Translations under genes and position numbers: made by a program | NCBI RefSeq assembly: GCF_024521635.1 | Contig: NW_026250408.1 | Coordinates: 558,001-622,000 of the forward strand | Direction of reading: 5' to 3' | DNA: 64,000 nucleotides | Source: Tricharina praecox | Lineage: Eukaryota | Shown here: piece after piece, positions 41,201-53,311 of the stretch | Layout of the letters: every line of letters starts with the position of its first letter | Position numbering within the stretch: the stretch's first letter is position 1 | The notes under the pieces: generated by a model | Databases searched by the model: none | What the model saw: only the letters and a program-made list of their open reading frames with translations | Told to the model about the DNA's origin: nothing

Positions 41201-43423
41201 ATCGTGCAGGAGATGAGATGAAGTCGAGCACTCGAGGACGTGCTGACGGGGAATCTCGGAGAATCCACACTTCCTCCCTCTCCTCCTGTTCCTGCCCCTG
41301 CTGTGCCTGAGTCCACTGAGCACTCTTCCGAGACTCCGTGAAAAAGCTGCCCATCCATCCATCCATCCACCCATCCAGTAGACCAGGTCCAAGCAATTCC
41401 GTTGGGAACTTGGGAACTTGGGAATCCGCCCACCCACCCACCCATCGACATCGACGGCATCGGGCAGGCCATGATCCATCGATGCACACGCAGACTGCTG
41501 CTGTCACCGCCGATGCGATGCTAGTACCTGAGCACTGAGGCAGATACCTGATAGGACATGGGGGAGGCAGGTCGGGGGAAGGAAGGGGGAGGAAGGGGAG
41601 GAAGGGGAGGAAGGGGGAGGGGAGGGGGGCTCGCTGGACTGGAACCGGAACGCACATCTCGCGGCCACTCCACAGGAGTGGTGGAGTTTCGCAATCAGGA
41701 TTCAGGATTCAGGTACGAGTATGTAACGATTCCGATCGTCGGGTTCGCCCATCCCAGCCCAGCCCCCAAACCACCCCCCCCCCCCCCCCCATCTCTACCT
41801 GGAGATTCAGAACTGAACTCCCCATGCTGGCTGGTCCTGACTGCGACTGCGTCGGTAGTCGCAGCCGGAGGGAGGATGGAGGAACTCTGGACACGAGCAC
41901 TGCACAACTCCCGAACGGCTGAGAGGGGGACCTGCCTGTGGCGACCGACCCTCCTCCCCCCCAGAGCGGCCGTGCATGGAGACGCACGATAGGCTGGCCG
42001 TGCAAATGAGACCGATGTAGGTTATTCGCATCATGCCTGCCTGTCTACTAGCCCGGCAAGCAAGCAGCAAGCAGCCCAAGCAGGAGCAGCTCGCGGCCGG
42101 GCAGGAGCGCGGATGTATCGGTCGTTGGTTCGCCCGTGCACTTGTCTCTGAGTTTAATCGAGCAGACAAGACAAGACAAGACAAGACATGACATGAGGCA
42201 TGACGAACGACAACAGTAAGTTTGCCTCTAACTAGGTGTCGGGCGGCCAAACGGACGCCGGCCGGCACACTTCTTCCTTCTCTTCTCTTCCTATTTGGGA
42301 GTAGTCGAGGGGCCGAGGGGTGTGTGAAGGTTTCAATCGCGAGTTTACCCAGACGTCTTGTTCTTCTTCTTCTTCGGCTCTTCCTCGTACTCGTACAACA
42401 ACGTCCGAGGGCGAGGAGGGGGGTGGCAATCTGGTCACAGCGAGCGCGGAATGGCTTCAGTTCAGCCATCAACTACTACTGCAATTAGCCCCGGATCAGT
42501 CCTACGTCGAGCGTCAATAAGGAAGTGTGTGTACGCGAGGAGAGAAGTCTCGATGGGTACCAATCGGCTCGCAAGCAAGCAAGCTCGGGGGATCCATCTG
42601 CATGGCATAGGGCGCTCCCCTTCGAGCCCGTGCTGGTGCAGTGCAGTCACGCAAGCCAGCAGACAAGCCAGCAGACAGACAAGCAGACAGACAAGCAGAG
42701 GCAGGCGGGCGGGCAAAAAGAAGGCTTGGGTGTGTCTGTCTGTCTGTCTTGCTGGCCGATCATTAGCCACAGTGGAGGGTTGGAAGGTTCCCACACAGCT
42801 GAAGATATGCAGCCGCGCCCCCCATGCGCTACGGACTGCGAGCAGATGCCGCGCACTTGCAATATAAATCGGCGTGCTGACTGTCCCTGTAATTCGCCGC
42901 CCGTCAAAAGCCCGACGCAGTAAAGCGCGGCGTGTGGATTGGACCGCATCGAGCAGTCTACCCTACTCTACTGCGCTGGCCCTCAGCCCAGTTCGTCCGG
43001 TCTGCGGCGCGTTCTTCGATGCGATGGGTGGATGGGCGGAGAGAGCAATATGGGTATCTAGCTGGGCGGCGGCGGCTTCGTGTGTACGACTCACGAGCGG
43101 AGCCACCGGCCTGACGGCGATGAGCACAGCACGAGCGGTGAGCGTGCTGAATGCCGCGTGCTCGCTACTCGGTGCGGCCGTGCTTCTCCATTGTTCTTCG
43201 TGCTTCGTGCTGCCGTCGCCGTCTGCTCCTTCTGGAACGCGAGGGAGATCGGCAGATTGCGACTTCAGCCCGCCGGCCAATCCCAGAAATCGAAAAAGCA
43301 CACGCCCCGTCAGCGGAAGGCGATCTGAATGTGGCTAAAACGGTCCTCCGTAGGGCTCGACTGCATAACGCATCCGACCTCCCCTCCTTCTCCGCTGTCT
43401 CCACCTTCATCGCCCGGAAGCAC

Positions 43424-43620
43424 CCACCACCTCCACCTCCACCAGCACCTCCACCTCCACCTCCACCAGCACCTCCACCTCCACCTCCACCTCTACCACT
43501 AGTTCCCATTACCACTAACCACTACCATTACCAACTGCCACTACCAGTCTTCCACTACCAACTACCTCCACCCACCACCACCACCCACCACCACCACCCA
43601 CCACTACTTCCCCCACTACC
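43424..43620. repeat. C/A-rich (CCACCT)n/(CCA)n low-complexity array upstream of the metacaspase gene
   Basis: Directly visible; it gives spurious poly-Pro and poly-Gly ORFs. Confidence 0.85.
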
Positions 43621-44202
43621 AGATTACCATACCTTCGCAAGGGTTGTCTCACTCGGGCATTGCTCGTCCTGTCCCTGTCTTGTCGTGTCTTGTCGTGTCT
43701 TGTCGTGTCTTGTGCTTCCTGCTGCATCTTCCCAGCGCAAAATTCTCCATCGCTTGTTCTGCACTGCTTCTCCCCCCACCAACATCATCCTCCACCCTAC
43801 GTTCACCACCTACATTCAACACTTCCTCCCTTGTGCACCTTTGCGCGCCTGCACAGACAGACAGACAGAGAGCCAACTCTTCGCTACACTCCCGACCCGT
43901 CCCCCCTTGTTTACCTTACTTGTTGTTCGCAGGCCTGTTATAAAGCCGTGAGAGTTCGCCCCTCAAGCCACCCACTTCAATAGAGCCCAGAGCATTCAGA
44001 GATCCCGCCCTTGAACACAGGACTTGCAGCAGAGTTCCTACGAATACAATCTCCCCCCCTCCCCCCCCCCCCCACTCCCACTCCCACCCAATCGCCTGCC
44101 GGCTTCACCGATCAATCCATCTCTTCGGCCTTCCCTCATTCCACCCCGGAAGCTCAAGCCCCCACCGATCCACCTATAATCACCCACATAATTCCATAAA
44201 CA

Positions 44203-46126
44203 ATGTCGGGAGGATACCCCGGACAGTATGGACAGCAGCACGGGCAGTACGGAGGAGGATACCCTGGTGGTGGCCAGCCGCCGCCACACGGCCAGCAGCC
44301 GTACCCGCAGCAGGGCTACCCGTATGTAGCCTCCTCCAAATTGCTCGATCCGTGCATGAATCTTGCTCGTGCGGCCCGCTGACAGCTAGCTATCCGACCC
44401 CAAAGGATGCCGCCGGCTCAAGGGTACTACTCACCCTCCCCGCAACAACAGCAACACCCTCAGCAGGGCTACTACCCCCCACCCGCAAATCCCCAGCAGC
44501 CATACTACCCTCCACCGCAACAAGTACGTTGTCGCTGCAACCTGCCCCCCGCGAAGACTGGTTCTGACATTTCGAGCGTAGCCTGGCCAATGGGGTCCCC
44601 CACCGCACCAACAACCATACCCGAGCCCGAGTCAGCAACCGAGTATATCCCCCTCTCTCCAGCTTGGCTCAATCATGTCATAGGTTCTGACTCGACTGCG
44701 CCGTAGTGCCTACCTACCAGAATACCTACCAGAACCACGTTCCCGGCGCTCCCCACCCTCCGTCTACCAGCCAACACAGCTTCGGCGTTCCGGGTCTCAA
44801 CTATTCGTTTGCGTACAGTAACTGCTCGGGGAAGCGCAAGGCGCTGCTTATCGGCATCAATTACATCGGTCAGCGGGGACAGCTGCGCGGCTGCATCAAC
44901 GATGTCAAGAACATGTCGCGGTTCTTGCAGGAGAGATTCGGCTACAACCCGAGCGACATGGTGACTTTGATGGACGACCAGCAACACCCCAAGAGTCAGC
45001 CCACCAAGCAGAACATCTTGACTGCCATGCATTGGCTCGTGAAGGATGCTCAGCCGAACGATTCGCTGTTCTTCCATTATTCCGGGCACGGTGGCCAGAC
45101 CAAGGATCTGGATGGTGATGAGGGTGATGGTTACGACGAGACGATCTATCCGGTGGACTTCCGTCATGCTGGGCACATCGTGGATGATGAGATGCACCGC
45201 ATCATGTGAGATTCTAAGCTCCGCCATGCTTAGCACACGTTCGCTGACGCCGATTAGGGTTGCCCCATTGAAACCGGGGGTGCGCTTGACCGCCATCTTC
45301 GATTCCTGCCATTCCGGGTCAGCGTTGGACCTTCCTTACCTTTACTCCACCTCCGGCAAGCAGAAGGAGCCGAACTTGGCCAAGGAGGCCGGTCAGGGAC
45401 TTTTCAGTGCGCTGCAATCGTACTCCAGGGGAGACATTGGCGGTGTTGCTTCGTCGGCTTTCGGGCTGGCCAAGCGCCTCACCACCGGCAGAAACGCGGA
45501 GGAAAGGGCAATGCGCACAAAAACATCGCCGGCCGATGTTATCCAGTGGTCTGGTTCCAAGGATTCTCAAACTTCGTGAGTTTAGCATTCCTCGCCACGC
45601 GGCTTGCGGCAGCATTTCCTGACGAAAGTTTAGTGCCGATGCTACCGAGAACGGCGAGGCCACGGGAGCCATGAGTTACGCATTCATCCGAGCGCTCACC
45701 AAGAACCCTCAGCAATCGTACGCACAGCTTCTCAACAGCATCCGAGACGAGCTGGCTGGAAAGTACTCGCAGAAGCCGCAGTTGAGCTGCAGCCATCCAT
45801 TAGGTAATGACGGACAACCCCTTGACGAGTCTGAGATGGAGTTCCAGTTTTGATTTCCCCCCCCCCCCCCCCCTGCCCGCTTGTCTTCTTTGCTTCATTC
45901 ACTGCAATATTCCCTTCATTCTTCCGTTCCTTCCTCTTCTCGCCTGGTGCTTTGATATTTGTATAAATAGCTGTTGTTTCTTTTGCTTTTTTCTTTCCTT
46001 TGCTGTTCTGTTTTTTTTTTACTTCTTTTCTGGGTTTCATTCACAAAAGCTACGGCTGCAGCTTGGAGTAACTTTTTTAACGTGCGTTGGGTCACCACAG
46101 ATACGAACCTGCTCTACGTCATGTAG
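44203..46126 (+). CDS. MCA1: type I metacaspase with Q/P/Y/G-rich prodomain, multi-exon; last intron 45804-46100
   Basis: [12 protein letters not shown] prodomain, [16 protein letters not shown], catalytic HYSGHG and DSCHSG, and [11 protein letters not shown] spliced to [12 protein letters not shown]. Confidence 0.95.
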
Positions 46127-46974
46127 ATGCGCCGCCACGACCGACATGAAACGGAACGAACGGACGAACGGAATACAGTCGCTATCGAGGTTATGGAGGA
46201 GGGGGGAGGGGGAAGGGGGAATGCATGGGATGGACAGACGGCAGACTTATTTTTTCAACTGCCATTTTTGTATTGTCATTCGCATCGTGGTTTTGGTAGC
46301 ATCATCTTTGTAGGATTCTATACCTTGCTGGTCGTTTTTGGTGATTTGTATTATCTATGCATAACTACTATACTCGTATCATACTTGCAATACTTGCACG
46401 GACATGGCTATCCAATACAACATATGTATGTAACTACGGTTGGAGGTGTAGTTGGAGGTGATACCTTGTACTTACAACGCTGTCATGCCCCGAGTCCAGG
46501 AGATGGGGAGATGCCTGGGGCAAATGGTTGAATGCATAAACGTGGTTTGCTCCAGATTTAGGCATTAAACACTCTTATGCTGCACTGAAAGAATTGGTTC
46601 GCCTGTCCAGATCAATATATACCCGACCGAGTCTGGTGGCCACTGAGGGAGCGGCGAGAAGCGGCATGGAGCGACATAGCACCGGTAGTGTTATGGGTGT
46701 GTAACCAAGATCAGATCCAATGCGGAGGCGGAGGGTCAACGTTGGAGTCTGGAGTCTGGAATGTGGACTGTCGTTCTATCTATTGTTTCTATCAATATTC
46801 TGTTCTGGTTGTTCGTCGGTTCGTCGGTCTCTAGAGTAGTCCTCATCTTGTATGGAGGTATGATCATCGTCGTCACCAAGGGTAGAGAGTTCTTTTCAAT
46901 GTGACCACGTTTTTGGTCCTCACTCGATTTTGGGCCTCTCACCACTTCAAAGGCGAGCTCGGATACGGTATTCA

Positions 46975-47430
46975 CGGTGGAGAAGTCAACAGAAAGCCTT
47001 GTAGGCAAAGGTCTGGAAGGAGACGGAGAGAAGGAAAGAGAGGTGGTCGATATATATAGCGGAGTTGTTCGCCGACGAGCGGTGCAGCGAGGCAATCCTG
47101 AAGTTTCTGGGAACGACGGATGTGGGGAGAAAGCTCTACCAGACCTGGAGGAGGAGGAGGAGGAGGAGGAGGAGGAGGAGGAGGAGGAGGAAGCAAGGGA
47201 AGCAAGCATCGCATCGGGGGGGCAGAGCAAGAGTGTCCAGCAGGATACTGCGTCTGCGGCCGATGCGAGGAAGCAGGAGATGAGGATGTGCGGTGATATT
47301 TTCTTGGTGCGATTTCATTTGGTATTTGTTTGGCAGGCAGCGGCGCCACACCGTGCTGGCTGGTAACGGAGCTCAACCCCCAGGCCGGCTAGAGTGGGCA
47401 GGAAAGGATTGCGACGGTTCGCCATAATCT
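46975..47430 (+). mobile_element. decayed non-LTR retrotransposon (LINE, Tad1-like) ORF2 C-terminus and 3' UTR, with a (GAG)n expansion
   Basis: Reads WRSQQKAL*AKVWKET..KERWS..IAELFADERCSEAILKFLGTTDVGRK with an in-frame stop at 47002. It is homologous to the second copy at 47560-48430. The 3' boundary is approximate. Confidence 0.75.
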
Positions 47431-47559
47431 AGATAGACTGCATGCGAAATAAAACAGGAAGATCTCCCTCTCTAAATCCATCAATCCACCAAAGGCGAGC
47501 TGTGTACTTGCCCGTACACCCCCATGGCCCCCATCCCCCGGTTTCCACGTCACTATCCG

Positions 47560-48430
47560 ACCCAACTCTCATCTTGCAGCCCGAAGTGACTTTCCTTACC
47601 CCCCGCGGCCCCGCCGTGTCCTGTCCCGATGATATATGAGCGCACCAAGGAAACGACACCAGGAAAAACTTTTCGCGCCTCACGCCGTCTCATCGCACTC
47701 ACCAACGTCCTCGCCGTCGCGCTCAAGTATCAACGCCTTCCATCCGGTTTATAGTAGTGACCGCCGGTGAGTCTATGCCTGACCTTCTTCCCACTCGGAC
47801 AGCTCGCTAACTAACTGCATCTTCTTCAGCGACGGAGTCCGGTACCTATACCGCATCCGTCTGCCAACATCAAACACCAGTGACGGCAAGAAAGAAAGAC
47901 CAGAAAGACCAGAAAGGTCAGAAAGGTTAGAAAGGTCAGAAAGGTTAGAAAGGTTAGAAAGGTTAGAAAGGTTAGAAAGGTTAGAAAGGTCAGAAAGGTT
48001 AGAAAGGTCAGAAAGCCCAGAAAGCCGAGAAAGCCCAGAAAGCCGAGAAAGCCGAGAAAGCCCAGAAAGCCGAGAAAGCCCAGAAAAGCCCGACTGCGGC
48101 GTTTGTCTGCGAAGATTCCCAAGAGGGAGGTCTCGGATCTTGAAGCGGTCTTTGCCCCTTCCCGTCTCCTTCCGGACCTGTTCCCAGAGTATGCGAGTAT
48201 CTTCGCTGACTTTTCCATTCCCGACAGGATAGGACTTAAAGATGCTCCAGAAGGTGCTCCCGCGGGGTCTAAGTCTGGGTCTTGTACAGAGCTGCACCAC
48301 TCGCAGCGCGCATCCGCAGCGCGCAGCTGGCCGGCTCTTTGTCCAGCTCTTTGTCCAATGAAGGTGCTGGACGGTGAGGTTCTGGCCGGTCCGGTCTCCA
48401 GCTAGTAGAACCTCGAAGCTAGGCGTCGGG
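47560..48430 (-). mobile_element. decayed LINE ORF2 C-terminus (zinc-knuckle region) and 3' UTR
   Basis: RLASRFY*LETG...LHWTK...CEWC...TQT..REHL...ILWEQVRKETGRGKDRFKIRDL..FADKRRSRAFL...DVGRR..SELSEWE, broken by frameshifts and local duplications. The 3' boundary is approximate. Confidence 0.8.
47893..48081. repeat. 9-bp minisatellite AGAAAGNNN x21 inside the LINE relic
   Basis: 2 x AGAAAGACC, 11 x AGAAAGGT(T/C), 8 x AGAAAGCC(C/G). Confidence 0.95.
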
Positions 48431-48952
48431 AGCCATCGGGTGGATGGGGCCTAGTTTCTGACCAGCTTCAGCTGTACCGGTACTTCTTGCGAGCGGCTTT
48501 GCTGTCAGGATTTATACATCATACCAAGTCACTCCGCACGAGTGATCCAACGAACGAGTGACACGCAGTGAGTACTAGCGCCCGCCGCCGCCGGTACTCA
48601 CATACGCTTGTTACTCACGTTACTCACGTTGGTCCGTGCGCGCTCTGGGTTACTCTAGTTTCTTGGCTCGCTCGTCGCGCGCGTTCATTCATTGGATCTG
48701 GACCGCTGTTTCATAGTCTCAACCTCGCAACCTCGCAACCTCACAGCCAACCCGAGCATCCCGCACGACCCGCGCATTTTGATCACTTTCGTTTCGCTTT
48801 TGTTCGGTTCGGCGCGCGCGTTTTGGTACCAGCATCTGCACTCCACGAACGACAACGGCGACACGGCGACACGGCGACGACGGTAATACTACGGTAATAC
48901 TACGGTTTTGAAGCAGCAGCGAAGACGAAGAGAAGACGAAGAAGCAGACGAG

Positions 48953-51872
48953 ATGGTCACGGTCAGGAATCCGGCCAATAGACTCGGCAATGAGCTCTAC
49001 GATGCCATGCAGGAGGTGCTGGATACGTTGTTCAACACGAAGGACTCGGAGTACGTATCCCGCGGTGCATCTGAGGGGGATGGGTACTGACATGCAACCA
49101 TTCGCAGCGGCGGCGACCTCTCCTCGCCCTTCCACGACCTTCTCCCGAAGCGGGCGTACGCGGACTACTACAAGCTGATCAAATCGCCGCAGGCTTTGAA
49201 CCCGGTGCAAGCCTCGGTTCGCCGGCGGTCCTACACGTCGTTCGGCGACTTCGTCAAGGACTGCGCGCAGATCTTCTTCAACGCCAAGGTGTACAACCGC
49301 CACGACTCGGAGATCTACCAGTACGCCGACACGCTGGAGAATGTGCTCAAGCAGGCGCTCCAGAAGTGTGTAAGGACCGGGAAGGTCAAGAAGGAGGAGG
49401 CCGAATTGCCGTTCCTGGGTGAGCTGCCGCCGCCGAGTCCGGAGGCGACTGCGCTGGCAAGTCCGCTGCTGGAGGCGGAGGAGGAGGAGGAGGATGATGA
49501 GGAGGATGATGAGGAGGAGGATGACGAGAGTGATGACAACGATGAGGAGGAGGAGGATGGGAAGAAGCGTAGGAACTCGTCTGGTCGTGCGCGGAGGACC
49601 ACGAGGGGCGGGTCTGTGCAGCCGCGGGCGACACGGCGCAGAACGGGGACTGTGGGCGCCTCCGGGGAAGCCAGAGAGGAGGATGGCGAGGAGGAGACGG
49701 GAGGACGGAAAGTCAAGGATGATCCGAGGCGGAAGAGGGGGCGGCCTCCGAGAGTCGACACGCCGATGGAGACTAGGATAAAGAATATCCTCAAGGCTCT
49801 AAGGAAGTTGAAGGACGAGGAGACTGGCAATCAGCGCATGCTGGCGTTCGATAAGCTGCCTGAGAAGAAGGAGTTTCCCGAATACTTCACTGAGATCAAG
49901 AATCCGATTGCGATGGATATCATCAAGGTTTGTGGTTACCTTCGGTGCGGAGTGGGCGGATTGACTGACTGCCGGACGACAGAAAAACATCAAGCGCAGA
50001 GTGTACAAGACTATGGATCACTTCATCGGAGACATGGACTTGATGTTCGACAATGCAAGGACCTTTAACGAGGACGAGAGTCAACTCCACCAGGACGCGG
50101 TGATGCTGCAGGACGAGCTGCATCGCGCCGAACAGTCGGAGATGGCCAAGTTGGATGAGGAACTTGCTGGCGGCGAGGACGGAACTCTTGCAAAGAAGAT
50201 TCCGCTTGACAAGATTGAGCACAACGGAGAGACATACCGCGTTGGTAGGATTCTCCACAATGGTGTCCAGAAAAAGAAGAACAGATGGCTGATGGGTTAC
50301 AGGTGACTGGGTGCATATCGTCAATCCTAACGATCCTAACAAACCCACTGTTGCGCAAGTGTTCCGCACGTGGAAAGAGCGTGATGGACAGGTCTGGATC
50401 AATGCGTGCTGGTACTTCCGCCCCGAGCAGACCGTGCACTGGGTGGAAAAGAGGTTCTACCCCGAGGAAGTAGTCAAGACGGGTCAGTACCGCGACCACA
50501 AGATCGACGAGGTGATAGGCAAGTGTTTCGTGATGTTCTTCACGCGCTATTCCCGCGGACGACCCAGGGGAATAGACGAGAGCAAGTGTCCCATCTATGT
50601 TTGCGAGAGCAGATACAACGAGAGGACAAAGCACTTCAACAAGATCAAGACCTGGAAGAGCTGCATCCCGGACGAGGTGCGTGGCGGTGACTATGAGCTG
50701 GACATGTTTGAGAAGCAGCGAACCCTCAAGAAGATGAACAGTCCCATTGCACATACGTTGCCGCCAGGTGCGAAAGAAGGCGATCCATTGCCCGAGGCCA
50801 AGTTGGGGGTTGAAAACGCTCCACCCGTCGTCGGAGCGGTGTTCAAACGCGCTCGTCGAGAAACGGTATGTTGAATCCCCTTTCGCTCGACTGCATCTCA
50901 ACCGCAACAACACCACAACGGTTCCAATAACTTCCACACCACAACAACCACCTTCACAAACAAACATCGCTAATAATGGCTGTCCAGGACTCTCCTCCTC
51001 CAGAGCCGACTCCGCCCCCACCTCCGCCCCCACCTGTCATTGAAGCACCTGCGCCACGCCCTACCCGCCGTCAGAGCACCGCCAGCACTGCTGCCACCGA
51101 CCCCTACCACGAGACAATGTCCATGACGCAGATGTACAAACAAGCCGCCTCTGTCGCCGCACCCACGCCCGGCCACGGCCCGCAGACCCCGATGCCCACC
51201 ATGCATCACGACCACCAGCTCCGCACTCCGGCGCCACAGCACTTCGCACCGCCACCCGTCTACCACAACCCACCGCAGCCGATGCAGCGCATGCCCTCCA
51301 CCTCCGGCATGGGCGCCGGCACGCCCAGCTACGCCGCGACGCAAGCCGCGCAAGCCGCGCAGCTGCAGATCAACCTCAACCGCCACCACAGCGAGCACAA
51401 GGATATGCAGCCGCCGCACGGCCTGCCCGCTCCCGCCGCCGCTCCCGCCGTCACCTTCACCCTGCCCGAACTCATTGCCAAACAGATCCCCGAGGCCACG
51501 GCCGAACGCTTCCTCCGTAACGAAAACGGACAGATCCTCTGGTTCAGCGTCCCCCCGGTCGACAACCGCCCCGCCGAACGCCCCTTCGGCGGCCTCGGTC
51601 ACTCCGCCCAGTACCTGGCCCACCGCCGCGAGCGCGAGGAGAAACACGAGGCCCGCGCTAGAGAGCGTGAGGCGCAGATGCAGGAGGGTAAGCGCAAGGC
51701 GGAGGAAGATCGCAAGGAGGACCAGAAGCAGGTCAAGAGGCTGCTCGTTACGTCACTTGGTCTGTTGACTGAGCAGATCCGCGAGTCGCTCAATGCTGAA
51801 CCTGAGACGGAGAAGAAGACCGAGAAGGAGAAGGAGACGGAGACGGAGGTTGCATCTGTGTCTGTTGAATGA
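48953..51872 (+). CDS. RSC1: RSC chromatin-remodelling subunit Rsc1/Rsc2 (two bromodomains, AT-hook, BAH domain), multi-exon
   Basis: Bromodomains (DYYKLIK..QIFFNAKVYN and PEYFTEIKNPIAMD..LMFDNARTFNE), AT-hook RKRGRPP, BAH (WINACWYFRPEQTVH..EVVKTGQYRDH..YVCESRY) and C-terminal ILWFSVPP..GHSAQYLA. Confidence 0.92.
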
Positions 51873-52563
51873 TTGATTGGTTGGCTGATGGGTCGGTGGG
51901 TCGATCAAACAGCTGGAGTTAATGGTTTCTGTTCTTTTTTCTTCTACTACTTCAATACGATCATCTTTTCTTTCCTTTGTTTTCTGTTTTCTTTTCTTTA
52001 CATACCACCTCATTGTTTTGTTCGGTATGTGGGATGTCGGGTTGGTTGGGGGAGGTGGGTGGGTGGGTGTACTGTAACTCATATCACTAGAGTTTGTTTT
52101 TGTGTACTCGTATCTCTACTGTTTGCTTTTTCTTCAAAGAATGATTCTATCTACATGCCTCACTTGGACCGTCTTTGAGAATATTCGACGCGTGTGTATT
52201 GATCTCCATAATCTCCAACAATCCTCCAAAAGAATAAAAATAAATAAAATAAATGTGCACGCTGGACATGAAAGAAACGCTCCACTGCGGAAGTTTCCGC
52301 CAAGGAAGGGTTCTCAAACCGGTCTGGTACTGGGAGGTATAATCTTCGGACGGAATGAGAGCCAGCATGATACGGAAGTGATCAAGCAGCTTAATTTATG
52401 TCCGGGGAAAGCTGTCATAATGCACAGGGCAGAGACGAAGCTAGAAAGAAAAAGAAGAATGCACGGAAAGCTCAAACAAAAAAAACAAAAAAAAAGCGGG
52501 AAAAAAGGGAGATATATTTCTGCAAGTACTGTACATGGTCGTGAGCGGGAAGCAGCAGGAGCA

Positions 52564-53109
52564 TCACGGTTTCCTGCGAAACTCGTTCCTAAGCTCATCG
52601 ACATATATCTTCAGGAACGCCGAGACCTTCTTCTGGACGGGCAACTTCTGGTCCGCGCCTGCATGCACATTGTCAACGTCGGAGCCACCTACCGTCAGTA
52701 ACACCTGTAAGCGCTATTCTTTCCCCTCCCGCATCCCCTCCCTTTCGCATTCCACGCTGCCCTCCTATTATTTAAAGGATGAAGGGAAGCAACCTTCATG
52801 CCCCGTGTGCAGATTCGACGGCTCCTCCTCGTCCTGGAGGTGGCGCACGCCCGTGAGCCTTCCGTGGACGCGGCGCACCGCGCGGTGGAACGTCGGGCTT
52901 GCCAAGAGCTATCGCGGCGTCGTCAGCGGCGAACGATTATGCTTCGTGCGCCGGGCGGGGGAAAGGACAGGAACAAGGACGTACTCGTGCTACAAGCCAT
53001 GCCTGAGTGTTGTTCGAGCCGGAGTTAGTGGGGACGAGGAAGGAGAGGGGCGCCCTGGAGGGGCGGGAGAGAAAGAGAATGAGTTCACCTCCACGACGCG
53101 GATCCACAT
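52564..53109 (-). CDS. MRX7: small MIOREX component Mrx7-like protein (82 or 92 aa); exons 53109-53089, 53002-52985, 52908-52794, 52658 (or 52688)-52564
   Basis: Spliced product MWIRVVEAWLVARLLASPTFHRAVRRVHGRLTG...SAFLKIYVDELRNEFRRKP recalls the yeast Mrx7 pattern EEW...LLSSPGFHRFVRKV...DEMR. All introns are GT-AG with branch-point motifs. Confidence 0.8.
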
Positions 53110-53311
53110 GGTGATGGTGTTCTCTGGTGGTGAAAGGGTGGCAGAGGGTGGGGTGGGGTGGGGTTGGTGAAAATTTGAGGGCGGGGTGTGCTGCTAGTGG
53201 GGGGATTTTGACCGATTGATCACTAAGCTGGACACTGCCACAGGGTTGCGTAACCGTGCGGATGAACTACTAGAGCGAATGATGGCATGTGTATTAGTAT
53301 GATCATAACTT

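Noticed and set aside
43151..43951. 266-aa proline-rich ORF
   Set aside because: It is built from the CCACCT/CCA and GTCTT repeats upstream of the metacaspase gene and has no domain signal.
47911..48009. GGTTAG-containing array as an interstitial telomere or CRISPR-like repeat
   Set aside because: The unit is AGAAAGGTT with no spacers, and it derives from LINE codons rather than TTAGGG.
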